Virus record (IMG/VR): IMGVR_UViG_3300034109_000966
Coordinates: 1 to 57,952 of that record
Origin: a virus
Taxonomy: Duplodnaviria > Caudoviricetes
Reading direction: 5' to 3' (one strand)
Length of the DNA stretch: 57,952 bases
Part shown: positions 25,028 to 33,782 of the stretch, piece after piece
Numbering within the stretch: the stretch's first letter is position 1
How the letters are laid out: the number at the start of each line of letters is the position of its first letter
Program-made: the position numbers and the translations under genes
The notes under the pieces: model-generated
What the model saw: only the letters and a program-made list of their open reading frames with translations
Told to the model about the DNA's origin: nothing
The model's database searches: none

Positions 25028-27010
25028 ATGGCGACCTTCGCGGCGTTTCTGGCGGCGTATGAGCGACAGGAAGTCATCGTCGCGTGGATGAAGACGCGTC
25101 GGCAAACGACGGGCTGGACCGCGGTAGGCGTCGGTGCGCCCAACGCGTATCAGACGGCGATGTCCGGGTTCATCGGAACCTCCCAAGTCGTCGGCGGAGT
25201 GTACGCGAAGGTGACAGCGGTCTACGAAAACGACGTAACGCTCACTGAGCGGACGTCGTTGGCGCTGGTGAACTCGAACGCCGGCTCGTGGTATTGGGAC
25301 CCTGCGGCAGCGCTGCTCTACGTGCGCTCGACTGGCGGTGGCGACCCGGACACGTACTCGATGTACGCAGTTGAACGCGAGATCACGTTGTCTACGACAC
25401 CGATCGTGCTGAACGACACGGATGGCAGTGCGTCGACTGGCCGGTACTACCACCCGTGGATTTCTAGCGAAATCGGCTCGGTGCTCGCGGAATCGACCGA
25501 TCCGACGACGGGTCGCATGAACTTCCGTGGCGGGTCGCTGACGCTCGCGTCTGTGGGCGGGTTCTGGCACGCGCTCGTAGCGGCCGACAGCGGCTACACG
25601 TGGGAGAACGTGCGCATCACGTTTGCGATCGGCGGCAGCTACGGCGCGGAAGTACTGTTGAAGTCGCAGTACTCGACGATCGCGTCGATGACGATCTACC
25701 GAGTTGACGACCTCGACGACACGTCCGTGACTTTTCGCATGAACCCGATCGCGAAGAGCTTGGACGTCTCGTCGGCGCCGACCCCGATCTTTGAAACGTC
25801 ATATCCGAACCTTGCGGACGGCGTGCGTGGCTTGCGGAAGCCGATCGTGTACGGCCGGCTGTGGATGCGACCCGTCTGCGTAGACACGGCGACGAGCTAC
25901 GGGGTGTTCTTGATCGCCGACGCCACGTTCCAGACACTGACGGCGATCCACCGAGTCGATGCGATCCCGAAGTCTGGCGGCCAGCGCGTCCAGTTGAGTT
26001 TTGGGTCAGATTTCACGTTCAATCTGACGACGTGCACGGTCACGCTGGTCTCGCCGTCGTACACGTATCTGACGCACGACATCATCGTCTATGTGTCGGG
26101 AAAGCCTGGCGGAGTTCGTGGGTACCTGTCGACGTTCGGAGAGATTGGGCAAGACCTGTTGACTGCGGTAGCGCGCGTCCCGACGTCTGACATCGACACG
26201 GCGTCGTTCACGCAGGCGACGAATGACTACCCAGCGGAACTCGCGGTCTTCTTGGACACGACGCGCACGGTAGCCTCGGTCATCTCGAGCGCCGAACCTG
26301 GGACTCCCTCGCTCGAGCGGTCGATCCACGGGTCGATCTACGTGAGCCGCGAAGGCAAGTTCACGGCGCGTGTCTGGTCGCCGCCTAAAGACGTGTCGAC
26401 GTTGACGCTACTCCGCAAGGAACAGTGCGAAGGACTGAAGTTCCACCATCGAGAAGAACGTCTGATTGTGAGCGGCACCCGGGTGTTCTACGCGCGAGAC
26501 TACGCGCTGAACACGTGGGCGTTCTACGAGAAGATCGACACGCCGAAGCAGTATCTGGGGAAGACGAACGACGTGATGGAGTTGTACACGTATCTCGCAG
26601 CGCAGGCGAACGCGCAGGCGCAGGCGGAGCGGTACCAGATTTTGTTCGCGACGGCGTACATGGAAGCAGACATAGCGGAGATCGGGGCGACGCAGTTGCT
26701 CTCGTCCCCGATGGATCGCGTGCTCCTGACGTACTCGCCGGCGCCAGTGTCCGGTGTGGCGTACTCGTTGCGCGTGTTCGAATTCGTTAGACTGGAGCGC
26801 ATCTACGCGCCACAGTTGGGCGTGCGCGCGTCAATCTGGGACTTAGAAGCGACGGGGTTGGCGAAGAACGGCGGTCTGTGGATGTCGTCTGGATCGCCGA
26901 CATATGCCGCGGCGTCGGCGGCGCAACGCGAAGTCTCGGGGTTCTGGTGTGATTCCGCAGGAGACCCGGGTTCTGGTGGGGCCTTTGTAGGCCGATCGAA
27001 GTGGGTATAG
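25028..27010 (+). CDS. Putative tail tip/hub protein
   Basis: YPNL...G..KPIVYG motif; size and position. Confidence 0.65.
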   Translation: MATFAAFLAAYERQEVIVAWMKTRRQTTGWTAVGVGAPNAYQTAMSGFIGTSQVVGGVYAKVTAVYENDVTLTERTSLALVNSNAGSWYWDPAAALLYVRSTGGGDPDTYSMYAVEREITLSTTPIVLNDTDGSASTGRYYHPWISSEIGSVLAESTDPTTGRMNFRGGSLTLASVGGFWHALVAADSGYTWENVRITFAIGGSYGAEVLLKSQYSTIASMTIYRVDDLDDTSVTFRMNPIAKSLDVSSAPTPIFETSYPNLADGVRGLRKPIVYGRLWMRPVCVDTATSYGVFLIADATFQTLTAIHRVDAIPKSGGQRVQLSFGSDFTFNLTTCTVTLVSPSYTYLTHDIIVYVSGKPGGVRGYLSTFGEIGQDLLTAVARVPTSDIDTASFTQATNDYPAELAVFLDTTRTVASVISSAEPGTPSLERSIHGSIYVSREGKFTARVWSPPKDVSTLTLLRKEQCEGLKFHHREERLIVSGTRVFYARDYALNTWAFYEKIDTPKQYLGKTNDVMELYTYLAAQANAQAQAERYQILFATAYMEADIAEIGATQLLSSPMDRVLLTYSPAPVSGVAYSLRVFEFVRLERIYAPQLGVRASIWDLEATGLAKNGGLWMSSGSPTYAAASAAQREVSGFWCDSAGDPGSGGAFVGRSKWV

Positions 27011-27013
27011 ACG

Positions 27014-27505
27014 ATGCCTCTGACTCAGACTGTTCCTTCGGTAGGTAACGCGACGAAAGCCGATGAAGCGATCGCGTTTCGAGACAATGACCGTATCTGC
27101 GGTGCAGGCGTTGTCGCAGGACATCCTCTGCTGATCGGAGGGAGTCATGACGACTTCGAGTACGGTACGACCTACGCTCGCTTGCCTGACTGTCCGGCGT
27201 TTGAAATTGACGGAGCGTTGGCGCAATACGTAACAGTGTATCTTGAGGCGGAAGCTATTCGAGAACCATCAGCGTCAGGCACTGTCAGTTGCGTAGTTGA
27301 TCTCTACAACTTGACAGACGCTGCGCAAGTCTCTGGGTCTGAATTGACTATCAGTGTTGACGTAGCGAATCCAAGCACCAAGCACGGGAAGACGTCGTCG
27401 TTCACGCTCAATAGCGGAGTAAAGAGATACCACTTCAGAATCAAGACAGGTACGTCTCTCGTCGGCGTGGCCGCTTGGGTTAAACTCGTGGGGAAATCAT
27501 CATGA
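27014..27505 (+). CDS. Minor tail protein
   Basis: Position; visibly more A/T-ending codons than neighbours. Confidence 0.55.
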   Translation: MPLTQTVPSVGNATKADEAIAFRDNDRICGAGVVAGHPLLIGGSHDDFEYGTTYARLPDCPAFEIDGALAQYVTVYLEAEAIREPSASGTVSCVVDLYNLTDAAQVSGSELTISVDVANPSTKHGKTSSFTLNSGVKRYHFRIKTGTSLVGVAAWVKLVGKSS

Positions 27506-28524
27506 CGAAAGCGTTTCTGTCTATCGTTCTCTTGCTTGCGCTGTCGTCTCAGGCGAACGCGCAGCGGTACTACATCTTCCCGAACCTTGTGCAGATTCGA
27601 GGCACGGCGACCGTCGCGCTCGAGGTGCTCGGCGGCATCAAGACGGCGAAAGAAGTCGTAACCGAAATCACAGACGCGGGCACAAGCAACGTCACGACGG
27701 CCGCGATCTTCTCGAGGAATGGTGCGTCGACTACGACAGTGGCGCGCGGCGTGGGCATCGCCTTTCGTGACGCCAACAATCAGACATGGGTAGCGGGCAT
27801 CTACGCTGAACGCACGAACTCGTTCGCGAACTACAACGGCGACTTGGTCATCAAGGTTGCCGAGGGGGGGGCGGCGGTGCCGTCGACGACGTGGAGCGGC
27901 GCTGGAGGCTTGACCGAGCGCCTGCGCGTCAAGTCCGGAGGTCCCGTCACGATCACCGGTGGGATGTCAGCGTCTGGGGATGTCTCGGCTTTGACGGTCT
28001 CGGCTGGTACGGTTGGAACTGGAACGTCAGCAACGTTGCACGCGACGTCTAGCTTGCTGTCTCCGCCGTACTTGGAACTCGGCTATGAGCCGAACGACAA
28101 CGGTGCGGCTGGTCGTATCAAGTGGACGATGAAGACCGGATCGATCCGCTACACGTGGATCGACAGCGCGGGCGACATGCGCATCCACACGGCCGCTCCA
28201 AACAACGATGTCGCGAATGACAATGGGACGTTCGGCGGAGTGGCCGTCGGTGCGCAGACGTCGACATGGGAAAGCAAGAACATCTTGGAAACGGTGTCGA
28301 ACACGGCATGGGCGCTGGATGAAATGCTGCGTACGCCGGTGTACCGCTTCACGTACAAGAACGGTCGGTACGATGGCGAAGAGTTCATCGGCATCACGAC
28401 TAAGACGTCTCCGCTCTTTGGCATGGACCACGCCAAGGCGTTCAACCCCCTGACGTCGTTCGGCGTGACGGTGTTGGCGATTCAGGAACTCGAAAAGCGC
28501 ATCAAGGCGCTGGAACAGAGGTAA
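27502..28524 (+). CDS. Tail fibre/spike with C-terminal S74-like intramolecular chaperone and N-terminal signal-peptide-like sequence
   Basis: TSTWESKNI...L...PVYRFTYKN...IGI...AIQELEKRIKALE; starts MTKAFLSIVLLLALSSQANA. Confidence 0.75.
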   Translation: MTKAFLSIVLLLALSSQANAQRYYIFPNLVQIRGTATVALEVLGGIKTAKEVVTEITDAGTSNVTTAAIFSRNGASTTTVARGVGIAFRDANNQTWVAGIYAERTNSFANYNGDLVIKVAEGGAAVPSTTWSGAGGLTERLRVKSGGPVTITGGMSASGDVSALTVSAGTVGTGTSATLHATSSLLSPPYLELGYEPNDNGAAGRIKWTMKTGSIRYTWIDSAGDMRIHTAAPNNDVANDNGTFGGVAVGAQTSTWESKNILETVSNTAWALDEMLRTPVYRFTYKNGRYDGEEFIGITTKTSPLFGMDHAKAFNPLTSFGVTVLAIQELEKRIKALEQR

Positions 28525-28527
28525 CCC

Positions 28528-28626
28528 ATGAAGAACGTAGTGTGTGCCGTCCTGCTGGTGTTCGTCGGCGTTGCGGCCGCGGCGTCGCAGATCAGCTGAC
28601 GCTTCCAGGCACTCGAGAAGAAGTGA
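28528..28626 (+). pseudogene. Gene remnant: signal-peptide-like stretch, in-frame TGA, then RFQALEKK
   Basis: Translates as MKNVVCAVLLVFVGVAAAASQIS*RFQALEKK*; the last stop overlaps the next ATG. Confidence 0.45.
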
Positions 28627-28916
28627 TGACTCGCTTTGTGTCGGTTTTCATCGTCTGTTTTCTCGTAGGCGCGGCTACCGCGCAAAGCCAACTGCTTGAC
28701 GCGCTGCCTGACCTACAGCGCTCGAGGTGGGAAGCGCACGTGCTCCGCGTCGAGAACGCGACGCTGCGGGCTGAAATTGCGGACCTCCGCGCGAAACTCG
28801 ATTCGGCGAACCTGTCGTCGGAGCGCTTCTTGCTGGAGCAAGAGTTCCGGGACGTCCTGAAACCGCCCACGGATGCGCTGTTCGACTGGTCGACGGGACG
28901 TTTTGTGAAGAAATAG
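28626..28916 (+). CDS. Signal-peptide-bearing coiled-coil protein
   Basis: MTRFVSVFIVCFLVGAATA then a heptad-rich region. Confidence 0.6.
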   Translation: MTRFVSVFIVCFLVGAATAQSQLLDALPDLQRSRWEAHVLRVENATLRAEIADLRAKLDSANLSSERFLLEQEFRDVLKPPTDALFDWSTGRFVKK

Positions 28917-28977
28917 ACGGATGAATTTTACGTGCAACGTCGTAGAATTCACCGTGCAGAATCGCTAGAATCCCGAT

Positions 28978-29202
28978 GTGCCTATCGACGAAATCCTCCG
29001 ACTCGTCAGGGATGGCGGTTCCATGGCACTCCTGGTTGTTGCCGTACTGGGCGGCTTCAAGGGGTGGTACGTGTGGCGTTGGCAGCATGATGCCGTCATC
29101 GCGCAGTACGTCGAGGAAGTCGACGCGCTGCGGCAAGAACGTGACGAGTGGAAGGCTGTCGCTCTTCGTGGGTTGTCAGTAGCCGAGCGGGTGACTTCTT
29201 GA
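28978..29202 (+). CDS. Putative holin-like membrane protein
   Basis: TM segment ALLVVAVLGGFKGWYVW plus coiled coil; upstream of the endolysin. Confidence 0.6.
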   Translation: MPIDEILRLVRDGGSMALLVVAVLGGFKGWYVWRWQHDAVIAQYVEEVDALRQERDEWKAVALRGLSVAERVTS

Positions 29203-29390
29203 AGAAGAGTATCTTTGCTCTTATGACTAAGCCTCGCAAAGTCGCTGGACGAGACACTGCATCGGATCTGTCCCGGCGCAACGAATTGGAAGCGGCGAAG
29301 TCGAGGTTGGACGTCGTCGAGTCCAGGGAAACACGGCGCGATGAGCTTCTGCACTTCGTGCTCGCCTCCGCGAGTAGCCGAGCGAACTGA
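29199..29390 (+). CDS. Hypothetical lysis-cassette protein
   Basis: TTGA and TGATG overlaps with both neighbours; start codon uncertain. Confidence 0.45.
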   Translation: MKKSIFALMTKPRKVAGRDTASDLSRRNELEAAKSRLDVVESRETRRDELLHFVLASASSRAN

Positions 29391-29869
29391 TGGACCGTTC
29401 GCTGGACTCGTTGTCGTCGGCGTTCTATCCGTTGGCGTGCCAGTGGATCGCTCGAGTTGTTGCTCGTGGCGTCGCTGTGCAAATCATCCAGACGTCTCGG
29501 ACGCTCGCTGAGCACCAAGCGAACCTCGCGTCCGGCACCTCCTCCACTTCGCATTCGTTGCACCTGCCACGCCTGATGCGTTGGAACCGCGAGCTCGCGG
29601 TCTTCGACGTGACAGACGCGAAGAAAGCGGACGCGATGGACATCGCGCCGTACGAGCAGTACTCGCTGCACGGTCCGGACAAGCTCCAGTGGAACGCGTC
29701 TGATCCGGCGTGGGGTGTCATCGGCGAGGAAGCGGAGCGGCTGGGCCTCCGCTGGGGCGGTCGCTGGAAGCAGCCGTTTGACCCAGGCCACGCCGAACTT
29801 GTGCTGCCGTGGACCGTCAGCCGCTTGCGCGAAGAGCGGCTGCGCCCGTGGCCGACGTTCAAAACCTAG
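29390..29869 (+). CDS. Endolysin, M15 family peptidase
   Basis: SRT..EH, SLHL, AMDI, GLRWGGRW..FDPGHAEL. Confidence 0.85.
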   Translation: MDRSLDSLSSAFYPLACQWIARVVARGVAVQIIQTSRTLAEHQANLASGTSSTSHSLHLPRLMRWNRELAVFDVTDAKKADAMDIAPYEQYSLHGPDKLQWNASDPAWGVIGEEAERLGLRWGGRWKQPFDPGHAELVLPWTVSRLREERLRPWPTFKT

Positions 29870-29871
29870 CC

Positions 29872-30113
29872 ATGGACGCGTTCAACGAGCATCGGACGAC
29901 CGCCGGTGCGTTGCTGCGCTCGGGGTTAGCAGAAGTCGAAAGATTCCGATTCCTGAAGGGCGGACGGGACGCGCCGTTGTCGTCACCGACCTGCAGAACG
30001 TGCACGTCGGGATGGCGTGGTTGACACCGCGTGGGTGGCAAATCGACGCGAGCGTGTCGGTGGCGATTCGCGACAAGCGCTCTGTGAAGGCCGCCGTCTC
30101 GGTTGAGTGGTAG
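29872..30113 (+). pseudogene. Apparently frameshifted gene after the endolysin; C-terminal amphipathic beta strands ending in W
   Basis: MDAFNEH...LAEVE continues plausibly in the -1 frame as KIPIPEG...KAAVSVEW near 29940. Confidence 0.4.
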
Positions 30114-30145
30114 ACGGATTCGACTGCCCAAGCCCTAGTAGGGTG

Positions 30146-30182
30146 TAGACGCAAGTGTCCAACCCCTTGTAAGATGCCGGCA
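30146..30182 (+). promoter_or_regulatory. Promoter for a leaderless HTH gene
   Basis: TAGACG-18-TAAGAT-6 nt-ATG; no Shine-Dalgarno. Confidence 0.65.
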
Positions 30183-30412
30183 TGCCCACCGTGAATGCGA
30201 CCATCGTCGCGAATCAGATCAAGGACGTGCTCGATAAGCGAGACCTTACGCAGCAGGATGCTGCGAAAGGCATCGGCGTCTCCTACCGTCAGTTCAACAG
30301 GATCGTGATGGGAGAAGCTGAACCCACGTACCTGTTCGTCAAGAAGTTGTCGGCCTTCGCGCGTGTGCCGCAGGACGACTTGTTTCAAGTGAAGATCACC
30401 AAGAAGGCGTAG
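30182..30412 (+). CDS. XRE/Cro-type HTH regulator
   Basis: LTQQDAAKGIGVSYRQFNRIVMGEAEPT. Confidence 0.85.
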   Translation: MPTVNATIVANQIKDVLDKRDLTQQDAAKGIGVSYRQFNRIVMGEAEPTYLFVKKLSAFARVPQDDLFQVKITKKA

Positions 30413-30415
30413 TCC

Positions 30416-30637
30416 ATGGCCGCATTCCAGACGCACAAGATCGTGATCGACATGGGAGGTCGGAAGTTCTCGACGCTCCAGATCGGGTCCTCGCAGGTGT
30501 CGGTCCTGCGCGAGGAGCACTCGCTCCTGTTGGCGGTCGCCGCGGCGGCGTGCAACTGCGACATCGAGGACTTGACGGTCGACCAGGTCAAGTCGCTCGA
30601 CCTCAAGGCGCTTCGCGCCCGTGCCGCTCAAGGCTAG
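30416..30637 (+). CDS. Hypothetical protein
   Basis: Packed ORF. Confidence 0.55.
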   Translation: MAAFQTHKIVIDMGGRKFSTLQIGSSQVSVLREEHSLLLAVAAAACNCDIEDLTVDQVKSLDLKALRARAAQG

Positions 30638-31058
30638 TCCCGCGCTGCTCGCCTTACTGAAGGCGCGTTGCGCGACGAAGCGCCCGAAGTACGGCAACAC
30701 GAAGGTCCGTCTTGATGGACTTGCGTTCGACTCGAAGCTCGAAGCGCGACGCTATCAAGAGCTCAGCATCCTGCAGAAAAGCGGGGAAATTCGCGACCTT
30801 CGAACGCAAGTGTCGTACACGATCGTTGTCAACGGCGAGAAGATTTGCCGCTACGTTGCAGACTTCGTGTACGAGAAACGCCGTCCTGTTGCCGTGCTGT
30901 GGGGAACAGACTGGCAGTGGACGACGGTCGTGGAAGACTGCAAGAGTGAAGCAACGAAGACGGCGACGTATCGCCTGAAGAAGAAGCTGATGAAGGCGGT
31001 GCATGGCATTGCCATTGTGGAAGTCGAGAGGTTGCCGTCATGGAAGAAATTGTCCTGA
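30621..31058 (+). CDS. DUF1064-family PD-(D/E)XK nuclease
   Basis: KYGN.K..DG..FDSK.EARRY, YVADFVY, VVEDCKS, YRLKKKLM. Confidence 0.85.
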   Translation: MPLKASPALLALLKARCATKRPKYGNTKVRLDGLAFDSKLEARRYQELSILQKSGEIRDLRTQVSYTIVVNGEKICRYVADFVYEKRRPVAVLWGTDWQWTTVVEDCKSEATKTATYRLKKKLMKAVHGIAIVEVERLPSWKKLS

Positions 31059-31225
31059 AGATCACGCGCACGCCGGAAGGGAACGTCCAAGTCGAAGGCC
31101 CGCTGGACAACAAGATGTTGTGCTACGGGATGCTTGGGATTGCACATGAAGCGGTGATGAAAGCGGGCTCGAAGATCGTGAAGCCCGACTTCGCGATTCC
31201 GCCCGATTTGCGTCGTCCGAGTTAG
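31040..31225 (+). CDS. Hypothetical protein
   Basis: GAGG RBS; V.GPL.NK.LCYGML. Confidence 0.55.
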   Translation: MEEIVLKITRTPEGNVQVEGPLDNKMLCYGMLGIAHEAVMKAGSKIVKPDFAIPPDLRRPS

Positions 31226-31252
31226 ACGGAAACGTCCGTCGTCTGCTATGCT
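31223..31252 (+). promoter_or_regulatory. Promoter with palindromic operator candidate
   Basis: TAGACG-18-TATGCT with extended TG; contains TAGACGGAAACGTCCG, also present at 48387 and 53512. Confidence 0.7.
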
Positions 31253-31269
31253 GGTCCTTTGGAGGCCAC

Positions 31270-32421
31270 ATGGCAGAGCCCACGAACTCACCGGATGCGC
31301 CGCAGACCGCGGCGCAGTCCGTCCCGCCGACTGACGCACCAGCCACGAAAACCGTCGATAAGTTCAAGATGCCCGAAGTGATTCGTTCGTCGGAAGACTA
31401 CGAGCGCACGTTCGCGTATCTGAAGTCCCGCTATCACCTGCTGACGCCAGTCGCGTCGTTCAGCGGGATGGCGCCGCAGCACGGTCTCGTCGTCGCGAAG
31501 GTGATGATCAGCCCGGACCCGGCTGACGGTGAAGTCTACCAGGACAAGCTGTTCTGCAAGACCGGGTCGAGGAATCAAGACGACGACGAAGTCGCGATCA
31601 CGAAGGTCGGCCTGCGGAAGCTGGCCTTGGCCGCCGGCCTCAATCTCAGTGCCGAGATTCTGCTGGCTGAACAGAACCACTGGATCGTGCGCGGGAACTG
31701 CCAGTTCCTCGGTCTCGATGGCTCGGTCCAGTCGTTCTCGGCGACGGAAGAATACGACCTCCGTGACGGGTCACCGCAGGTTCGCAAGAACGCCTCGGAA
31801 GCCGAGAAGCGCATGGCTCGCTCGCATGGCTTGCGCGGCGCGGAGTCTCGCGCGCTCAACGCCGCCTGTCGAGAGTACGGCATCCGTCAGAAGTACACGC
31901 GCGGCGAACTGAAGAAGGCGTTTGTGCTGATGCGGATGATGTTCATCCCGGACGCCTCGAACGAAGTGCAGATGCGGCTGGTGACGCAGCAGGCGCTCGC
32001 CGGCGTGAGCCGCATGTTTCCGCAGCCGTCGCTGACGACGCCGCCGTCGCTCGAACCGATTCAAGGGTTGCCCGCGCAGGGCACTCCGATGCCACCGTGG
32101 CAGGATGAACCGATCGACACACACACGGTCGAAGACGATCGCGCTGACGTGTCTGACGACGGTGCGCCGGACGGCGTGACGCGCATCCAGAAGATCATCG
32201 AGACTCAGAAGGAGCGCAAGGCGCCCAAGACCGGCAAGTTCACGAAGTGGACAGTCGTTGACGCTGAGGGCGTCGAGTACGTGACGATCAAGTCCGACAT
32301 CGCGAAAGCGGCCGAGGCGCTCTGGAACAAGAGCGACTGGACGAAGGGCCGGCTGGTCGAGATTCAGTTCCGTCGCAACAACTGGAACGAGAACGAAATC
32401 GAAGAGATTCTTCCATGCTGA
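31270..32421 (+). CDS. Putative DNA recombination/ssDNA-annealing protein
   Basis: GGAGG RBS; ITKVGLRKLA..AG and AESRALNAACR..GIRQKYT..EL motifs; first gene of the recombination cluster; family uncertain. Confidence 0.45.
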   Translation: MAEPTNSPDAPQTAAQSVPPTDAPATKTVDKFKMPEVIRSSEDYERTFAYLKSRYHLLTPVASFSGMAPQHGLVVAKVMISPDPADGEVYQDKLFCKTGSRNQDDDEVAITKVGLRKLALAAGLNLSAEILLAEQNHWIVRGNCQFLGLDGSVQSFSATEEYDLRDGSPQVRKNASEAEKRMARSHGLRGAESRALNAACREYGIRQKYTRGELKKAFVLMRMMFIPDASNEVQMRLVTQQALAGVSRMFPQPSLTTPPSLEPIQGLPAQGTPMPPWQDEPIDTHTVEDDRADVSDDGAPDGVTRIQKIIETQKERKAPKTGKFTKWTVVDAEGVEYVTIKSDIAKAAEALWNKSDWTKGRLVEIQFRRNNWNENEIEEILPC

Positions 32422-32795
32422 CGGACCGCCAGCACGCGACCTTGTCGGTGCTCGTGCCAAAGAAGGATTCTGCGCCGCATGCAGTGATCAAGCCGAAGTC
32501 GGCCGTTGTCGGCGTCGTGCACTCTGCGCAGAACGAGAACTGCGTGATGCTCGACGTCTACTACGAAGGCAACCTGTACGGCGCCGTGAATCTCGTCGAA
32601 TACGACGACCGTCTCCAGTGCGCGGCGGGACGGCTGTTGACGCGGTATCCAACAGTCGCCAGGGGTTTCTGGCTGGTCGACATGTTCGACATCGTCGGTC
32701 GGGTCAGCTACACGTACGACTCGGCGCACAAGCTCTGGCGGCGCGGTGATCTCGTCATCTCGGACCGAAAGGCGCTCGACGCATGGCTACAGTGA
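32415..32795 (+). CDS. Hypothetical protein
   Basis: Overlap-coupled ORF. Confidence 0.55.
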   Translation: MLTDRQHATLSVLVPKKDSAPHAVIKPKSAVVGVVHSAQNENCVMLDVYYEGNLYGAVNLVEYDDRLQCAAGRLLTRYPTVARGFWLVDMFDIVGRVSYTYDSAHKLWRRGDLVISDRKALDAWLQ

Positions 32796-33241
32796 TCCCG
32801 TTGGTGCCGACGTCGCCCTGCGGCCCGTGCACTCTCTGCTGCAAGGTGATGGGAGTCAAAGACGTGACGCCCGCCGGCGAGTGGTGCCAGCACGCGAAGA
32901 AATCTCGCGGCTGCGCCATCTACGATGACCGCCCGCAACCGTGCCGGGACTTCCAGTGCCTCTGGGTGATGGGACAGTTCGGTGAAGGTGCCGTCGAACT
33001 GCGGCCGGATCGGTTGCACGCCGTGGTCACGCGGACGAAAGACGGGACGAACATCGTTGTCTACGAAGATGCCGGGTGGCGAGGGCATGCACGTGCCTTC
33101 CTGCACGACACGATCCGGACGTACACGAGAGGCGATGTGAAGAACTACGTCATCGTCGTGTGCGGTGAAGAGCGCGTGTTCTACGGATGGAAGAAGCAGT
33201 TCGAAGCACTGCAGGCGCAAGACTCGCAATGGGGGACGTGA
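32783..33241 (+). CDS. CxxCxxCC (YkgJ-like) cysteine-cluster protein
   Basis: CGPCTLCC...C.IY..RP..CR.F.C.W. Confidence 0.8.
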   Translation: MATVIPLVPTSPCGPCTLCCKVMGVKDVTPAGEWCQHAKKSRGCAIYDDRPQPCRDFQCLWVMGQFGEGAVELRPDRLHAVVTRTKDGTNIVVYEDAGWRGHARAFLHDTIRTYTRGDVKNYVIVVCGEERVFYGWKKQFEALQAQDSQWGT

Positions 33242-33441
33242 TGGCGCTACTGACCAGAGACGAGATCGTGTCCGAAATCGCTTACGCCGTGCGCGATGGC
33301 GCGGCAAACATCAACTCCGTCCATGACCGTTTGTGCGGGCGCAGCCGCAAGGATAGCAGGTATTTCGCCGAGGTGCTTGGCGAGATGATCCGCGACGGCG
33401 TGCTGGTGTCAGTTCGCCCCGGTTTCGTGGCGGCGCGCTAA
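33241..33441 (+). CDS. Hypothetical small protein
   Basis: TGATG coupling. Confidence 0.5.
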   Translation: MALLTRDEIVSEIAYAVRDGAANINSVHDRLCGRSRKDSRYFAEVLGEMIRDGVLVSVRPGFVAAR

Positions 33442-33482
33442 TACTGGTGGTGGGGACGTTCGACAAGTAGTAGGAGTCGGGA

Positions 33483-33782
33483 ATGATGGTCTTCAAGTTC
33501 ACAGACACGGACAGGAAAACAGGCAAGCTCGCGGACCTCGACATCATCTTCACGGACGGCGACTTGCGAGGGCTGAAGCTCGTCGGGTTCGCCATCTGGG
33601 AGCGTGCCAACGGGAAGCCGAGCGTCACGTTTCCCGCGCGGCAGTACAAGGTCGGCGGCGAAAGTCGCTCGTACGCGTTGTTGCGTCCGGCAGAGAGCGT
33701 CGACGCGTCGAACGCGCTGCGAGACGCCATTCTGCAGTCGTACGACGCCTACGTGGCGGAGAAGAATGCCGCCGATGGTTAG
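33483..33782 (+). CDS. SpoVG-like nucleic-acid-binding protein
   Basis: KLAD.DI.F...L.L.GF.IWE...VTFPAR...LRDAIL..Y; AGGAG RBS. Confidence 0.55.
   Translation: MMVFKFTDTDRKTGKLADLDIIFTDGDLRGLKLVGFAIWERANGKPSVTFPARQYKVGGESRSYALLRPAESVDASNALRDAILQSYDAYVAEKNAADG

Noticed and set aside
28597-28599. Stop-codon recoding (TGA read-through) in this phage
   Set aside because: Single case; TGA terminates many well-defined genes and forms normal TGATG/ATGA overlaps
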